From positions 130,657,233 to 130,721,232 of the forward strand of contig NC_068984.1 in assembly GCF_001194135.2 (NCBI RefSeq): a stretch of DNA of 64,000 nucleotides, read 5' to 3'. A model generated the notes under the pieces. The model saw only the letters and a program-made list of their open reading frames with translations. It did not search any database and was not told the origin of the DNA. Position 1 is the first letter of the stretch, and each line of letters begins with the position of its first letter. This stretch comes from Octopus bimaculoides (lineage: Eukaryota). A program made the position numbers and the translations under genes. Of the stretch, positions 51,523 to 64,000 are shown piece by piece.

Positions 51523-52719
51523 AACATGACAGAAGTAAATAGACACCCACATTGTTCTATGTTTATATTTCTTATTAATTGACATTTTTATGTTTCAGGT
51601 TCCAAATGTGACTGTTTAATCATGCCATGTACAAAGGAAGCTTTGGAACTGTCTGAATTTCAAAGAGACTGTATTTAGTTTATTCTGAAGGTGGACATAG
51701 CATAAGATTTCAGAAAACCTTGGATCCTGCTTTCTACAGTTAATAGAGTGATTGTGCAATTCACCAGAGAGGGGAAGGAGTCCTCAACACCTCACCCAGC
51801 TCAACCAGGACGGGACCCTTCTCTTTGTTGAGAGAAGTGTGGAGGATAATCCTCATTGCAAGGCCTCTGACACAGGAGAACAAGTTGATGTCAGTCCCAG
51901 AACAGCTGTCAGGTATCTCCACAAATTTGGTTACTATGGCAGAGCAGCAAGAAGGAAGCTACTTCTTCAAACAGCCAATATCAAAAGGAGAAAAGATTGG
52001 GCCAGTAAAATGGTGGAGAGACCACTAGCATTTTGGGACACTATCATATTCTCTGATGAGTCCAGATTTGCTGTATTTCCTGACAGTGGTTGAGTGTGGG
52101 TCTGGAGACTGTGATCAAGAATTTGATGTGAAAATATTGCAGCCAACAATGAAACTCAACAGCAATTCTGTGATGGTCTAGGGAGCAATATGGAGCAATG
52201 GTTGATCAGAGCTGGGGGAGTGTAAGGGAAACATAAACTCAGAAACATGTGTCCATATTTCAGAAAGGACTCCTTCCAATCTTTTCCAATGGTGAAATGA
52301 TTAAAGAAGACTCTTTATTTATGGAAGATGGGGCTCCTTGTTACACAGCTAAAATGACCCAAGATTTGTTGGATGAGAATGGCATTAAAAAGCCTCCATG
52401 GCCAAGCCAGTTACCAGATATGAACCCTATTGAACACCTCTGATGCATAATGGACAGGACACTTCATAAAAAGAACAAGAAAGCATCTTCAAAGCCAGAT
52501 CTTATGAGATTACTGCATGAAACTTGGTAAGAAATTCCACAAGAGAATAATCTTCATTTGATCAGTAACAGGCCTAATAGGGTCCTTGCATTGGAAAATG
52601 TAAAGGGAATGTCTACTAAATATTAAATATTCACATTATAACAATAAATAAATAGTTTGAATGTATAATTTCAGATTAAAATAATTTTAATGATTATAAG
52701 GGTGTCCATTTACTTCTGT

Positions 52720-52725
<6 letters not shown>
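51523..52725 (+). mobile_element. Tc1-family (DD34E) DNA transposon, full length, decayed
   Basis: 24-bp TIRs catgacagaagtaaatagacaccc (51525-51548) and gggtgtccatttacttctgtcatg (52700-52723), 1 mismatch; TA precedes the left end; internal transposase remnant. Confidence 0.93.
51622..52626 (+). pseudogene. Tc1 transposase pseudogene
   Basis: WDTIIFSDESRF, FMEDGAPCY and WPSQLPDMNPIEHL motifs with exactly 34 residues between the second D and E; ends KGMSTKY*; multiple stops and frameshifts. Confidence 0.93.
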
Positions 52726-52789
<64 letters not shown>

Positions 52790-52848
52790 TACATGTGTGT
52801 ATATATACATATACATGCGTGTGTATATTTATATGTATATATACAAAA

Positions 52849-52894
<46 letters not shown>

Positions 52895-54375
52895 TACACA
52901 CACACATATATACACACACATACATATACACTTTCATGTGTATATATACACATATATACATATATACAAACACACATAGCTATATATTCATACAAACATA
53001 CATATATGCATATCTATATATATGTACACATACAAATATATTTACACATATACATATGTGTGCGTGTGTGTGCATACATATACACATATATATATACATA
53101 CACACACATGTATACACATACATACATGTATGCATACTTTGTGGTAGTCACTTCAAGAATATACAAGTTAGCATTTCTCTTCCAATATTCCCAACATACA
53201 CACACTTACACACGTGTGCACACCCATGCCCACACACATATACTGGCCAGATGGCTTCAGGCTAGGAGGTTAATCTAGCTCCAACTGACCATTTGACAGC
53301 AGTAAAATTACGCAGGATTTTTGTTATCTCATCTCAAACACACTATGTACATAAATAAACATGCATTAAAAGTAGTCATACACACACACACATGGTATGT
53401 GGTAATTAGAAATGTGAATCTCACAAAGCACTTTCTAATTCATTTGACCCTTTTGCATTTATACAAGCCATATCCAGCCCCCAATTATTCTACCTGTTTA
53501 ACTCTTCAGTGCTTAAACCAGCCATATCTGGGGCAAAAATATCCTACCTGTTTTATATTCAAACCAGCCAGATCTGATATCTCACACCTGTTCTATAATG
53601 TCATTCTAAAAGTAAACAATCAGATCATTGAAATCTTGAGACTAAGACATAATGTATGATTAACTTAAAACAATGTGGGCAAAAAAAGCATCACTTGACA
53701 GAATAATTTTTGTTTTTTTACCTATGGACCCCTTTGATTACTATTTCATTCTGTTGGACCCCTATAACTATTCAATGTTTAAAAACTAGTTTTATAGAAA
53801 CTTCTTTCAAAATTCCTATTTTGGTTTCCACACATTCCCTTGTGTAGGTTGAACAATGTAAAATGTTAGAGAAAGAAACCAAGCTGCTTCTTGCAATACA
53901 TACCAATACTCTTTTACTCTTTTACTTGTTTCAGTCATTTGACTGCGGCCATGCTGGAGCACATACATCTAAAGCAAAATTTTTTCAGGGGCCCTTAAGA
54001 TACAGGGTGCAGCAGAAACGTTGCCCCGATTTCAAAGATACCCTTCAATATTATTCTAAAAATAAACAATCATGCCACTGAGATCTCAAAGCTACATGGT
54101 AAGGCATGACTAATTCAAAATAATGTGAATAAATAGGCATTACATTTGATGAAGAAATTTGAATGCTAAAGGGTTAGATCACTTTAAAACAGGAATTTTG
54201 TACCACAGAACCAGGAAAGTTGATATCAAAACGATTAACACTTTTAACAATAAGATTTATTCTGTCAAATGTATTGTTTATTTATTCACATTGTTTTGAA
54301 GTAATCATGCATTATCTCAGTCAGAAATTTGAGGGTGTTATTGTTTCTGATTGAATGATAGAAAAGGTCTCTATA

Positions 54376-54790
54376 TTACTCTTTTACTCTTTTACTTGTT
54401 TCAGTCATTTGACTGTGGCCATTTTGGAGCACCGCCTTTAGTCGAGCAAATCGACCCCAGGACTTATTCTTTGTAAGCCTAGTACTTATTCTATTGGTCT
54501 CTTTTTGCCGAACCGCTAAGATACGGGGACGTAAACACACCAGCATCGGTTGTCAAGCGATGTTGGGGGTGACAAACACAGACACACAAACACACACACA
54601 TACATATATATATACATATATACGACGGGCTTCTTTCAGTTTCCGTCTACCAAATCCACTCACAAGGCTTTGGTCGGCCTGAGGCTATAGTAGAAGACAC
54701 TTGCCCAAGGTGCCACGCAGTGGGACTGAACTGGGAACCATATGGTTGGTAAGCAAGCTACTTACCACACAGCCACTCCTACGCCTATTC
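54376..54790 (-). mobile_element. SINE family A, near-consensus
   Basis: High identity to 574-991. Confidence 0.92.
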
Positions 54791-55439
54791 TATTCTATTC
54801 TATTCTATTTTGTTCTATATTATTCTATTTTGTAAATTTAAGTTCTTTCTTGTATGCTACAATGGCTTGGTGACCTCGCAGGTAGTTTGCCGGTCGATAT
54901 TTTGTGTTGCTTCTTAGACAACACCGCAATCATGGACATAGACGCTGCAGTATATACATACACCAAAATAATTATAGACATATCAAAATAACATGTCCCA
55001 CAAAATAACATGAAGGAAAACAAAATATCAAATAAATACAACCACAATTACACAACATAAATAGCCAGCGTCACACACATACAAAAACAAAAAAACAAAA
55101 AATAAAGCAAAGATAATCTCAAATAACATTTCACTGAAACCACATACAACCGAAATAAAGTTCATTACCACTTAACTAAAACACTGAAAAAACAAAATAT
55201 AAAATAAAATAAATGAAATATATATATAAAAAAGAACCCAGAAGACAAGCAAACATTGGTATCTGACATACGCCACAAAGCCAACAGTTATGCACTATAC
55301 AGTAATTAGTATCAACACCAACAATGACAACAGCAACAGTTACACCACACCCCATAATGATACACAGATTCTGCAACATAAAGTAAAGATGACTTTATCA
55401 AACATTTCATGAAAACCAGTCACTGAGAAACTACATAAT

Positions 55440-55925
55440 GACATCATCATCATCATCATCATCGTTTAACGTCCGCTTTCCATGCTAGCATGGGTTGGAC
55501 GATTTGACTGAGAACTGGTGGACCAGGTGGCTACACCAGGCTCCAATCTGATTTGGCAGAGTTTCTACAGCTGGATGCCCTTCCTAACGCCAACCACTCT
55601 GAGAGTGTAGTGGGTGCTTTACGTGCCACCAGCACGAAGGCCAGTAAGGAGGTACTGGCAACGGCCACGCTCGAAATGGTGTATTTTACGTGCCACCTGC
55701 ACAGGAGCCAGTCCATCGGCACTGGCAACGATCTCGCTCGAATGTCTTTTCACGTGCCACTGGCACAAGTGCCAGGAAGGCGACGTTGGTAATGATCACG
55801 CTCAAATGGTGATATTTACATGCCACCGGCACAGAAGCCAGACAGCTGCTCTGACAACGATCATGCTCGGACGGTGCTCTTAGTGCTCCACTGGTACAGG
55901 TGCCATCACGATTTCGCTTTTGACA
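55440..55925 (-). mobile_element. Family B
   Basis: High identity to 11255-11800. Confidence 0.88.
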
Positions 55926-56109
55926 AATGCAAAACAAAGAATAAGCAACTTCCACAAAGACAATGATTTTGACTACTTCTTTTCAACAGACAACCAACAC
56001 CATTTTTTTCTTTTTTTATAAATAATTTTTCTGAAGTCCTTTGGACTCATAAGGCCAGTGACTCAGTTTCCATTCCACATAAGTGACAAGATCAAACATT
56101 CATACTGAA

Positions 56110-56330
56110 AGAGATACCGGGGTCCAAAGCAAGCAATTTTGAGGAAAGGGAACAAGTCGGTACCATCGACTTCAGCACTTGACTGATACCTTATTTTATC
56201 AACCCATAAAAGGATGAAAGGCATAGTTGACCTCAGCAAGATTTGAAACCAGAACTTAATGATTCAAAAGAACTGCTACTGAGGATTTTGTCCAATGTGC
56301 TAACCATTTTGTCAACTCAGCAAAACCAAT
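56110..56330 (-). mobile_element. SINE family D, old
   Basis: Collinear, CpGs decayed. Confidence 0.7.
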
Positions 56331-56524
56331 AGCGAAATCTAAACAACAGAAAACCCTCAAGGCCAGAAAAAATCAGAAGAATACATGGAAAATATCTAGG
56401 CCCTAAAGGAATTACTGCACTGACAAATATCTACAATGCCTCATACCAACATTGCCAAATTCCCAGAATCTAAAGACTTAAGACAGAGCATAATCACTGA
56501 CAATTCTAAAACCTGACAAATGTA

Positions 56525-56572
<48 letters not shown>

Positions 56573-57421
56573 TGACATATACATACACACAACACATGCT
56601 AGCATGGAAGGCAAACATAAAATGATGATATATATATGCGTGTGTATGAATATCTATATGTACATACATGCATGTATCTCTCTCTCTCTCTCTCTATATA
56701 TATATAATGTATGTATGTATATATATGTGCACATAGACATATTCNNNNNNNNNNNNNNNNNNNNNNNNNNNNNNNNNNNNNNNNNNNNNNNNNNNNNNNN
56801 NNNNNNNNNNNNNNNNNNNNNNNNNNNNNNNNNNNNNNNNNNNNATACATATATATATATATATACATATTTTAGTGTTTATGTGTGTGTGTATGTATAT
56901 ATATATATACATACATACACACACACACACATACATGTAATATATATCGCGTTTAAGCATAGAAGTGCAAAAGTAGATACACAGATATAATTTCCATAGC
57001 AAAAATTACAAACCTATTTTTGCACCTTTCACTAAATACACACACACACATACATACATACAATGTATTTCTTTCAGTTTTCATCTCCAAAATCTGTGCA
57101 CAAGACCTTAATCAGCCCAGTGCTCCATGAGAAGACGCTTGCCCAAGGTACCACGCAGTGAGACAGAACCTAAAACCATGTGGTTGGAAATCCAAGTTCT
57201 TATTACACAGCCATGTTTTGTAAATATATGTTCAGTTTGGTAAAATACATTCCATAACTATATTAAATTGGAAGTTTGGAGTCCTTCATGATCTCATTTT
57301 CAAAACAAATTGTTGTTTAAAATGAGATTGTGAAGGTCTTAAATCATTGGCTTAATGGATTTGGGAATGTCATTGTTCCAAATTAAACATACAAAAAAGC
57401 TAATAAGGAAATAAATCTATT

Positions 57422-57452
<31 letters not shown>

Positions 57453-57469
57453 GTAAACGGTTTGTCCTC

Positions 57470-57700
57470 GTTACTCTGTAAAGAGCATAGCGCCAGTTTC
57501 CCGGTTTCTCTGGCATATATATTCCTCCTAGAACAGGAAGCCGGTCTGTCACAGGATTATTCTTTTTGTTCCAGCTGAGTGGACTGGAGCAGCATGAACT
57601 GAGATGCTTTGTTCAAGAACACAACGCATCACTCGATCCAGGAAATGAAACCACAGTCTTACAATCATGACCCCAGCACCATAACCACTAAGCCATTTGT
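57470..57700 (-). mobile_element. SINE family F
   Basis: ccagctgagtggactggagcagcatgaac...ccactaagccat. Confidence 0.65.
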
Positions 57701-57743
57701 CTCCATCCCTCAACACTAAGTCATACATTTATGCTTGCCTTCA

Positions 57744-57794
<51 letters not shown>

Positions 57795-57909
57795 ATTCAT
57801 TAAAGTGTGTCTCTCTAAGATTTATTTGCCCAATGTCTCACCCCAGATAGTGATCCTTGGAAGAGGTCACCACAGAACTTTGCAAAGGAAGTTAAGACAC
57901 AGACTGTAT

Positions 57910-58120
57910 CATCGTCATTTAATGTCCACTTTTCCGTGTCTGCATGGGTCAGATGGAATTTGTTGAAGCAGACTTTCTATGGCTGGAGGTCTTTCCTGTC
58001 ACCAACCCTCATCTGTTTCCAAGTAAGTTAATATTTTCCCACAACCAGGAGAAGAATGGAAATAAAGGACACTGCTTGCATAACAGTGGCACTCATTTAC
58101 AACTTCTATGTGATCTCTAC
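57910..58120 (-). mobile_element. Family C
   Basis: Same motif set. Confidence 0.75.
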
Positions 58121-58194
58121 ACAGTAATACACATGCACACACACATGTTCATACATACATACATACACACACACAATGAGCTTATTTTAGTTTC

Positions 58195-58365
58195 TTATTT
58201 CTTTATTGCCTACAAGGGGCTAAACATAGAGAGGACAAACAAGGACAGACAACGGGATCAAGTCGATTATATCGACCCCAGTGCGTAACTGGTACTTAAT
58301 TTATCGATCCCGAAAGGATTAAAGGCAAAGTCGACCTCAGCGGAATTTGAACTCAGAATGTAACA
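58195..58365 (-). mobile_element. SINE family D
   Basis: High identity to 8965-9130. Confidence 0.85.
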
Positions 58366-58408
58366 GAGCTTCTTTTAGTTTCTGTCTACCAATTCTACTC
58401 AAGTGCGC

Positions 58409-58487
<79 letters not shown>

Positions 58488-59359
58488 TCTGATGAAGGCA
58501 AGCAGAAACTTTGAAGTCATTGTCAACCCTTTCCTTGTAAGTTTAATAAACATGTACTTTACTAAAAAGTATTGAGTAATTCTTTAGTTTAATGTTAAAT
58601 TGTTTTAATATATAACTCGACAAAAAAAACCCCCTCATAATGTAAGTAAATCTAACACACTGTATATTATAAATACATTTATGTATGTGTGTACCTTTAT
58701 CTATCATCTGTGTCAATGCGTGTGTAAAATTGGAAAATATATATTGCAGTGTGTGTGTGTGTGTGTGTGTAAGTGTGCACATGTGCGATAGGTAAATGTC
58801 TATACTTATCAATGTGTGTATGGATATGACGACAAACAGAAAGTCTAGGTTTGTGTGTTTTTCTTCATAACACAGGCTTATTATCTTTGATCTATTATTA
58901 AGCAGCTCTTTCTATATATCTACATTCCCTTCTAATAATGTGTCGCTGCACATTTCTCACACTTCACTTTCGCAAATTCACCAGGTTACTAAGGATGTCT
59001 GCATGATTGGATGGTTGTAACCTACCAGACCAGACTAGATGAGACAACACGCATACACATTACAGACACACAAACACCAAAACCCACACATATGTACACA
59101 CACGTGTACACATTATGCAGGAATACACACACATACATGTACACATTACAAACACACCTGTATACGTTACATACACATATACACGCAGACAACAACACAA
59201 TATGCTTTTTTTTTTAATTAGCAGTCTAAATTCCCATGGTGGAGCCTTGATTTCCTCAATAAATTCTTAGAGAGAGATTCCCAATGTATCAGAGAAATTT
59301 CAAGAATAATAAATCAAAACAACACAGGACACAGTACTGATGAAATCCATTAGTATCAA

Positions 59360-59745
59360 CGATGACTGGCACCCGTGCCAGTGGAGCACTAACAGCACCG
59401 TACGAGCGTGATCATTGCCAGAGGAGCTGTCTGGCTTCCGTGCCGGTGGCACATAAATAGCAACATTTGAGCGTGAAGGTTGCCAGTGTCACCTTACTGG
59501 CACTTGTGCCGGTGACATTAGAAAAAACATTCGAGTGAGGTTGTTGCCAGTGCTGCTGGACTGGCTCCTGTGCAGGTGGCACGTAAAAGACACCATTTTG
59601 AGCGTGGCCGTTGCCAGTACCGCCTGACTGGCCCTTGTGCCGGTGGCATGTAAAAGCCCCCACTACACTCTCGGAGTGGTTGGCATTAGGAAGGGCATCC
59701 AGCTGTAGAAACCCTGCCAGATCAGATTGGAGCCTGGTGCAGCCA
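59360..59745 (+). mobile_element. Family B with ~4.3 internal 65-bp units
   Basis: Repeated gtgccggtggcac...ttgccagt...actggc. Confidence 0.85.
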
Positions 59746-59835
59746 GGATAATAATCTAATTCTACACTTTATTACATTCAAGAATATAAACACGTTTTTA
59801 AGCACAGCACACGAAAAATGAATAAGAAACACTAC

Positions 59836-59902
59836 CTTTCACCGGCACTGCATGAACCACAGTGCTCTCTCTCCCTAGCGTGAAGCTTCCTATTTCGGAC
59901 AT
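59836..59902 (-). CDS. Possible first coding segment (MSEIGSFTLGRESTVVHAVPVK)
   Basis: ATG in the CpG-rich zone, open frame to donor AAG|GTAGTG; speculative. Confidence 0.18.
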
Positions 59903-60849
59903 ATGAGCAAGCACACAACAGCCAAACACCGCATTGCTGGAACTGTGAAGCGCACAGTTCTATACAAGGATTTTTGTATTTTTTTTCATAAGCTAGGGGA
60001 TGGCTACTGACATTAAGCTTAAGGATTATATAATGTACAAGTATAAAGAAAGAATTAAAGAAAAAAAGGATTGATTATATTGAATGTTATCGATAATATC
60101 GAGTGGAAGTAGGGAGTGCTGCATGCAGTTCCGCAGTGCCTATACACGAGCCGCCACTGATATATACATACGTACATAAACTATAAAATTTATTTGCTCT
60201 CGAATGAACATCCTGTAGATAAGCGAAGAAATGTATTTGAATAGAGATGTAAACTGTAATCCGATAGTAGCTACAAGATTCATGAATAGCGGAAGGGTGA
60301 TATGGACAGGAAGGAGACGACACAAAGAGGGACTTGGAATGAACGAGTTGAAAGAAGAAAAGAACGACATCGAATGAGAGAGAGAGAGAGAGAGACACAC
60401 AGAAATTGATAGGAAGAAAGCTGTACATATAGACTGTATGGAGAGAACTATAGAGACAGAAAAAAAGAGGGTACGGTGAAGGAAACAATGAATAAAAGCG
60501 AAGAATGTCAATGAGAGAAAGAGACGAAGAAATAGGATTTGGGAAATGAAGGAAAAAGATATAGAAAAAGAGGAGGAAAGTAGTGCAGTAAAAACGTGTG
60601 TATATATAGAGAGGCAGATAAGGGTACGAGAAAAAGAAATGGGGAATTGAGAAAATGAAGAAAAAGATATATATATAAGAAGATATAGAGAAAGGTACAG
60701 TAAAAACGTATGTAGAGAAACAGAGAAAGAGAGAGAGGAGAGAGAGAGAAAGAAAGAGGAAGGGACGAGAAAGCGGAATGAAAAATAGGAAATGAAGGAA
60801 AAGATGTATACAAAAAAGAGAGAGGGGGGGGAGATAAAGTATCCGAAAC

Positions 60850-61400
60850 AGGTGTTCCAAATGACGAACTATGTGAGTCACATGACAGCGAAGTGAGAAA
60901 TGAAGAGCGAGAGGGAGTAAGGGCAATGAAGGCGAGACGGCAGCCCGTCCAGCGCGACTGATGTTATTTTGAAAGTATATATATATATAGTTGCACCAGA
61001 CGTCATCACTTTCTGTTACAGACTGGAATGACCCTGCTACGTAAGACGGACAGGTCAATAAACGTCAGAGACTACACCACATACAAGACACACACGAGTC
61101 AGAAAATGAAAACAGCCAATCAGGGGAGCCCTTTCTACGCAGTCATTCCACCTGCAATAAATAGCAACCAAAATCTCCCTCAAATCACATCGGATCGTCT
61201 TAAAAATGGAAGAGACGAGAGACGTCTAAACAGTTGTCATAAATATACAAGGAAAGAATGGAAGAATGAAAGAAACGAGTTGGTCACAGCCGGATGCGGA
61301 ACATCGTTGATCATTAAAGCCTGCACAATCAGGACTGACGTGGGGGTGAGGGGGTGGGGGCTAAATTACAACAACAAAAACAATTATAAATCTATTTAGG
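60850..61400. promoter_or_regulatory. CpG-rich putative promoter region
   Basis: About 20 CpG in 60901-61400 by eye versus 1 in 46001-47000; CCAAT box (cagccaatcag, ~61113) and CRE-like gacgtca (~60999). Confidence 0.4.
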
Positions 61401-62054
61401 TTGTAGTTTAATTAATTAATCACACGCCTACACTATTGAAAAATATAGCACAATAATAGTAATAAAACAAATAAAAATAGCAAAAAAGCAAAATGATGTA
61501 CAATTCTGGGCAACAGTTAAATTATACGACATCCAATTAATGTCAAATATGTAGTAGTAGTAGTAGTAGTAGTAGTAGTTTAACCGTGAATCAGCAGACA
61601 TACGAACAAAGGTGTTCAAATTGTGACCACCGCATCTTATTTTTATTTTACTTTCAAACACAGAGTAAATGAATTCTAGGATTGTCTCCATTTAAAACGG
61701 TTGGTCTATGATTTCAGGAGCAATTTGTCAGCTACATCGATCTACTACGTAAAGGCTGGTTGTTATAAGATGTTATAGGATAAGGATGGCTAAATTGATA
61801 TTTATTAACGTTCAAGAGCCGCAATATACATTTTTTAAAATTATAGTTATAAGAAAATACATCGTCACATAATTTTATTCATTATGGTAAATTAATTTCT
61901 GTCCGTTGAATGTTTTAATAGTCTTCATTTTGCAGTTATTACTTTAAAAAAACCGGTCGGTAGGCTGTTAAAGCTGTTTTAAAGAAGAATAGCACTATAT
62001 CCATTATTAACTTGAAACCCACACATAGCTCCGAGGACGGCGTGCGGTTCGCGA

Positions 62055-62740
62055 GTCACAGTCTAGCCACATTTTTTGTTTTATTTTATCGAAACTGAAA
62101 GAATGGAAGGCAAAGTCGACCACGGCGAGATCTGAATTCAGAGCCAAAAGAAATGTCGCTAAGCATCTTATAATGATTGCGGTAATGATTCCACCAGTTC
62201 GCCGCCTTATGCTGTCGTTAGATTCTGAAATAATGTTCGCGTGTTGCCATATATATCTGAAAAGGGCAGAGAGGGAGGGGAGAGATGAGTTAAAGGATTG
62301 GAAACTAGATAAAAGTTAAGAGCTGACCTCGTACCTGTATCAGGCAGAAAAAGGAGCAAATTGGCGGAATCGTTAGAGTCGGTATTTGATTCAGTTCTGA
62401 GTTCAAATTCCTATCGATAACTATACTTTCATCTTTTCAGGCTCAATAAAATAAAGTATCAGCTAAATACTGGGCTTGATTTGATCGACTAACCTCCTCT
62501 CTTCAAATTTACTAGCCTAGTGCCTGAATTTGAATCAGTTTCAAAGATGGTGGATAGGCATAATCGTTCGAGCAAAATCCTTTCCGATATTTTTTCCAAC
62601 GCTCTATGTTCTGAGTTCAAATCCCGCCGAGGACAACTGCACCTTTCATCCTTTCAGGGTCAATAATATAAAATAATGACTAAGTACTAGAGTCGATGGC
62701 GTCGACAAGCCATCTCTCAAATTTCAAACCTTGAGCTAAT
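62055..62740. mobile_element. Three SINE D copies (-, +, +) retaining CpGs
   Basis: 62055-62210, 62350-62540, 62545-62740. Confidence 0.72.
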
Positions 62741-62808
62741 TCTTTGCTGTGGGCGAAGTGCATAAATTTGCAATGTGTGCAAAATTTATATTTCTTTGCA
62801 AGTGTTTA

Positions 62809-62875
<67 letters not shown>

Positions 62876-63215
62876 ATGTTGGTAAACAGTATAGTTTAAC
62901 CATACCGAAGGTTTCGTGCACTTCACTTCATCATCGAGTCTAAAATACTGTAGTGTCTCACTGACGAACACGGTTGACTAAAATCATTAAATCGCTTCAA
63001 ACCCTTCGGTACGATAAACACAAGATATATCTAACGTACGCGTGTAGTAAGAACTTATGTTTTTGTACAGTCTATATATAGGCACACATATCTAAACTAC
63101 TCAATCAATAAAGTAGATTCATAAAAAAGTAGTTTGCGCACACAAGCTGATAATAAATTAAATAACATTCAATTATAAATACACTTGCAGACTAACTCAG
63201 TTTCACGTACACATT

Positions 63216-63267
<52 letters not shown>

Positions 63268-63444
63268 TACACACTACGCATATAATGTAATTAATTATAG
63301 TCAATGACACTAACACAAACTCTTCTTTACATTCACTTACCATACAAAATATAAATGAAAAGTAATTATCTAGAGAGACTGATACACACACAACACAAGC
63401 ATTTAACACAAAATAAATGACAATCAATTAGATTAAATTATGTA

Positions 63445-63497
<53 letters not shown>

Positions 63498-63741
63498 CTG
63501 ACGAAAGTAGCATTAACTCTCTAGGTCGTTCATTATTTTTCAACCGATCAATGGACCTATAGAGTAAACCTGTCCAAAACAAACCAATAATGATTACTGG
63601 AAACAGCTGTAAGTCAAATTTACTACAATAAACAAATATGTAATGACTACTGTTTATGCCTTGTATTGTGTATACACACACGCACACACATCCAAACAAA
63701 TGGAGGAATACACACATATTATAATACCCAATGTGCGTGTG

Positions 63742-63990
63742 TAGACGAGTGACTTAGTGGTTAGGGTACTACACTCACGATCTAACGATCGTGGTTTCGA
63801 TTTCCAAGAGTGGTAGTGCCTTGTGTTCACTCAACTGTAAATGGCTAACCTGCGACGGGCTTGCGTTCTGATCAGGGAGAACGTGGGGCTGCCCACCTAG
63901 CCAGCGGGGTGGTATCATTCGAAAGCTACAACGATGCGAGAAATGGTGACCAACAATGCATAAAAGCATCCAATAGTCTTGCCGATACAG
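63742..63990 (+). mobile_element. E/F-type tRNA head with different body
   Basis: gacttagtggttagggtactacactcacgatctaacgatcgtggtttcgatttcc. Confidence 0.5.
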
Positions 63991-64000
63991 TGATATATAT

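Larger units (their letters stand above)
54850..56520 (+). mobile_element. Degenerate I/Jockey-like LINE ORF2 remnants interrupted by younger repeats
   Basis: 56355-56515 reads KYLGPKGITALTNIYNASYQHCQIPRI*...TILKPDK (RT N-terminal motif); A/C-rich flanking segments probably the same element. Confidence 0.55.

Noticed and set aside
58489-58515. CTGATGA-AGGCAAGCA-GAAAC hammerhead-like core
   Set aside because: No helix I, no cleavage triplet geometry, imperfect helix II
59372-59660. CRISPR-like appearance of palindromic repeats with variable spacers
   Set aside because: Linkers are homologous to each other, the array is part of a multicopy LINE tail, there are no cas genes, and the context is eukaryotic
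60087-61058. 323-aa F/L/S-rich ORF
   Set aside because: Product of a CT-rich low-complexity strand that lacks stops; no domain

Overview
AT-rich, microsatellite-dense animal genomic DNA from a gapped draft scaffold (10 N-runs). The repeat families look like those of an octopus (inferred from recognising the repeats, not from a search). There is no prokaryotic-style content, and nearly all ORF-track entries are translations of microsatellites or N-gaps. The window holds dozens of copies of at least five tRNA-headed SINE families, a LINE-tail family, degenerate LINE fragments (RTE, L1/Tx1-like, I/Jockey-like) and one complete but decayed DD34E Tc1 transposon with both TIRs (51523-52725). It also has hAT- and piggyBac-like MITE remnants, minisatellites and several long palindromes. 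Small unique islands bounded by canonical splice sites fall mostly on the minus strand. Together with a sharp CpG-poor to CpG-rich transition near 59.7 kb, they suggest the window is largely the intron-rich body of an unidentified minus-strand gene whose promoter lies near 61 kb (tentative). The most unusual signal is a ~190-bp non-coding element inserted in (TA)n tracts that carries a minimal type-I hammerhead-ribozyme fold. It has three copies in two subfamilies, and one subfamily has a variant CUGUUGA core. Repeat boundaries are approximate (tens of bp).
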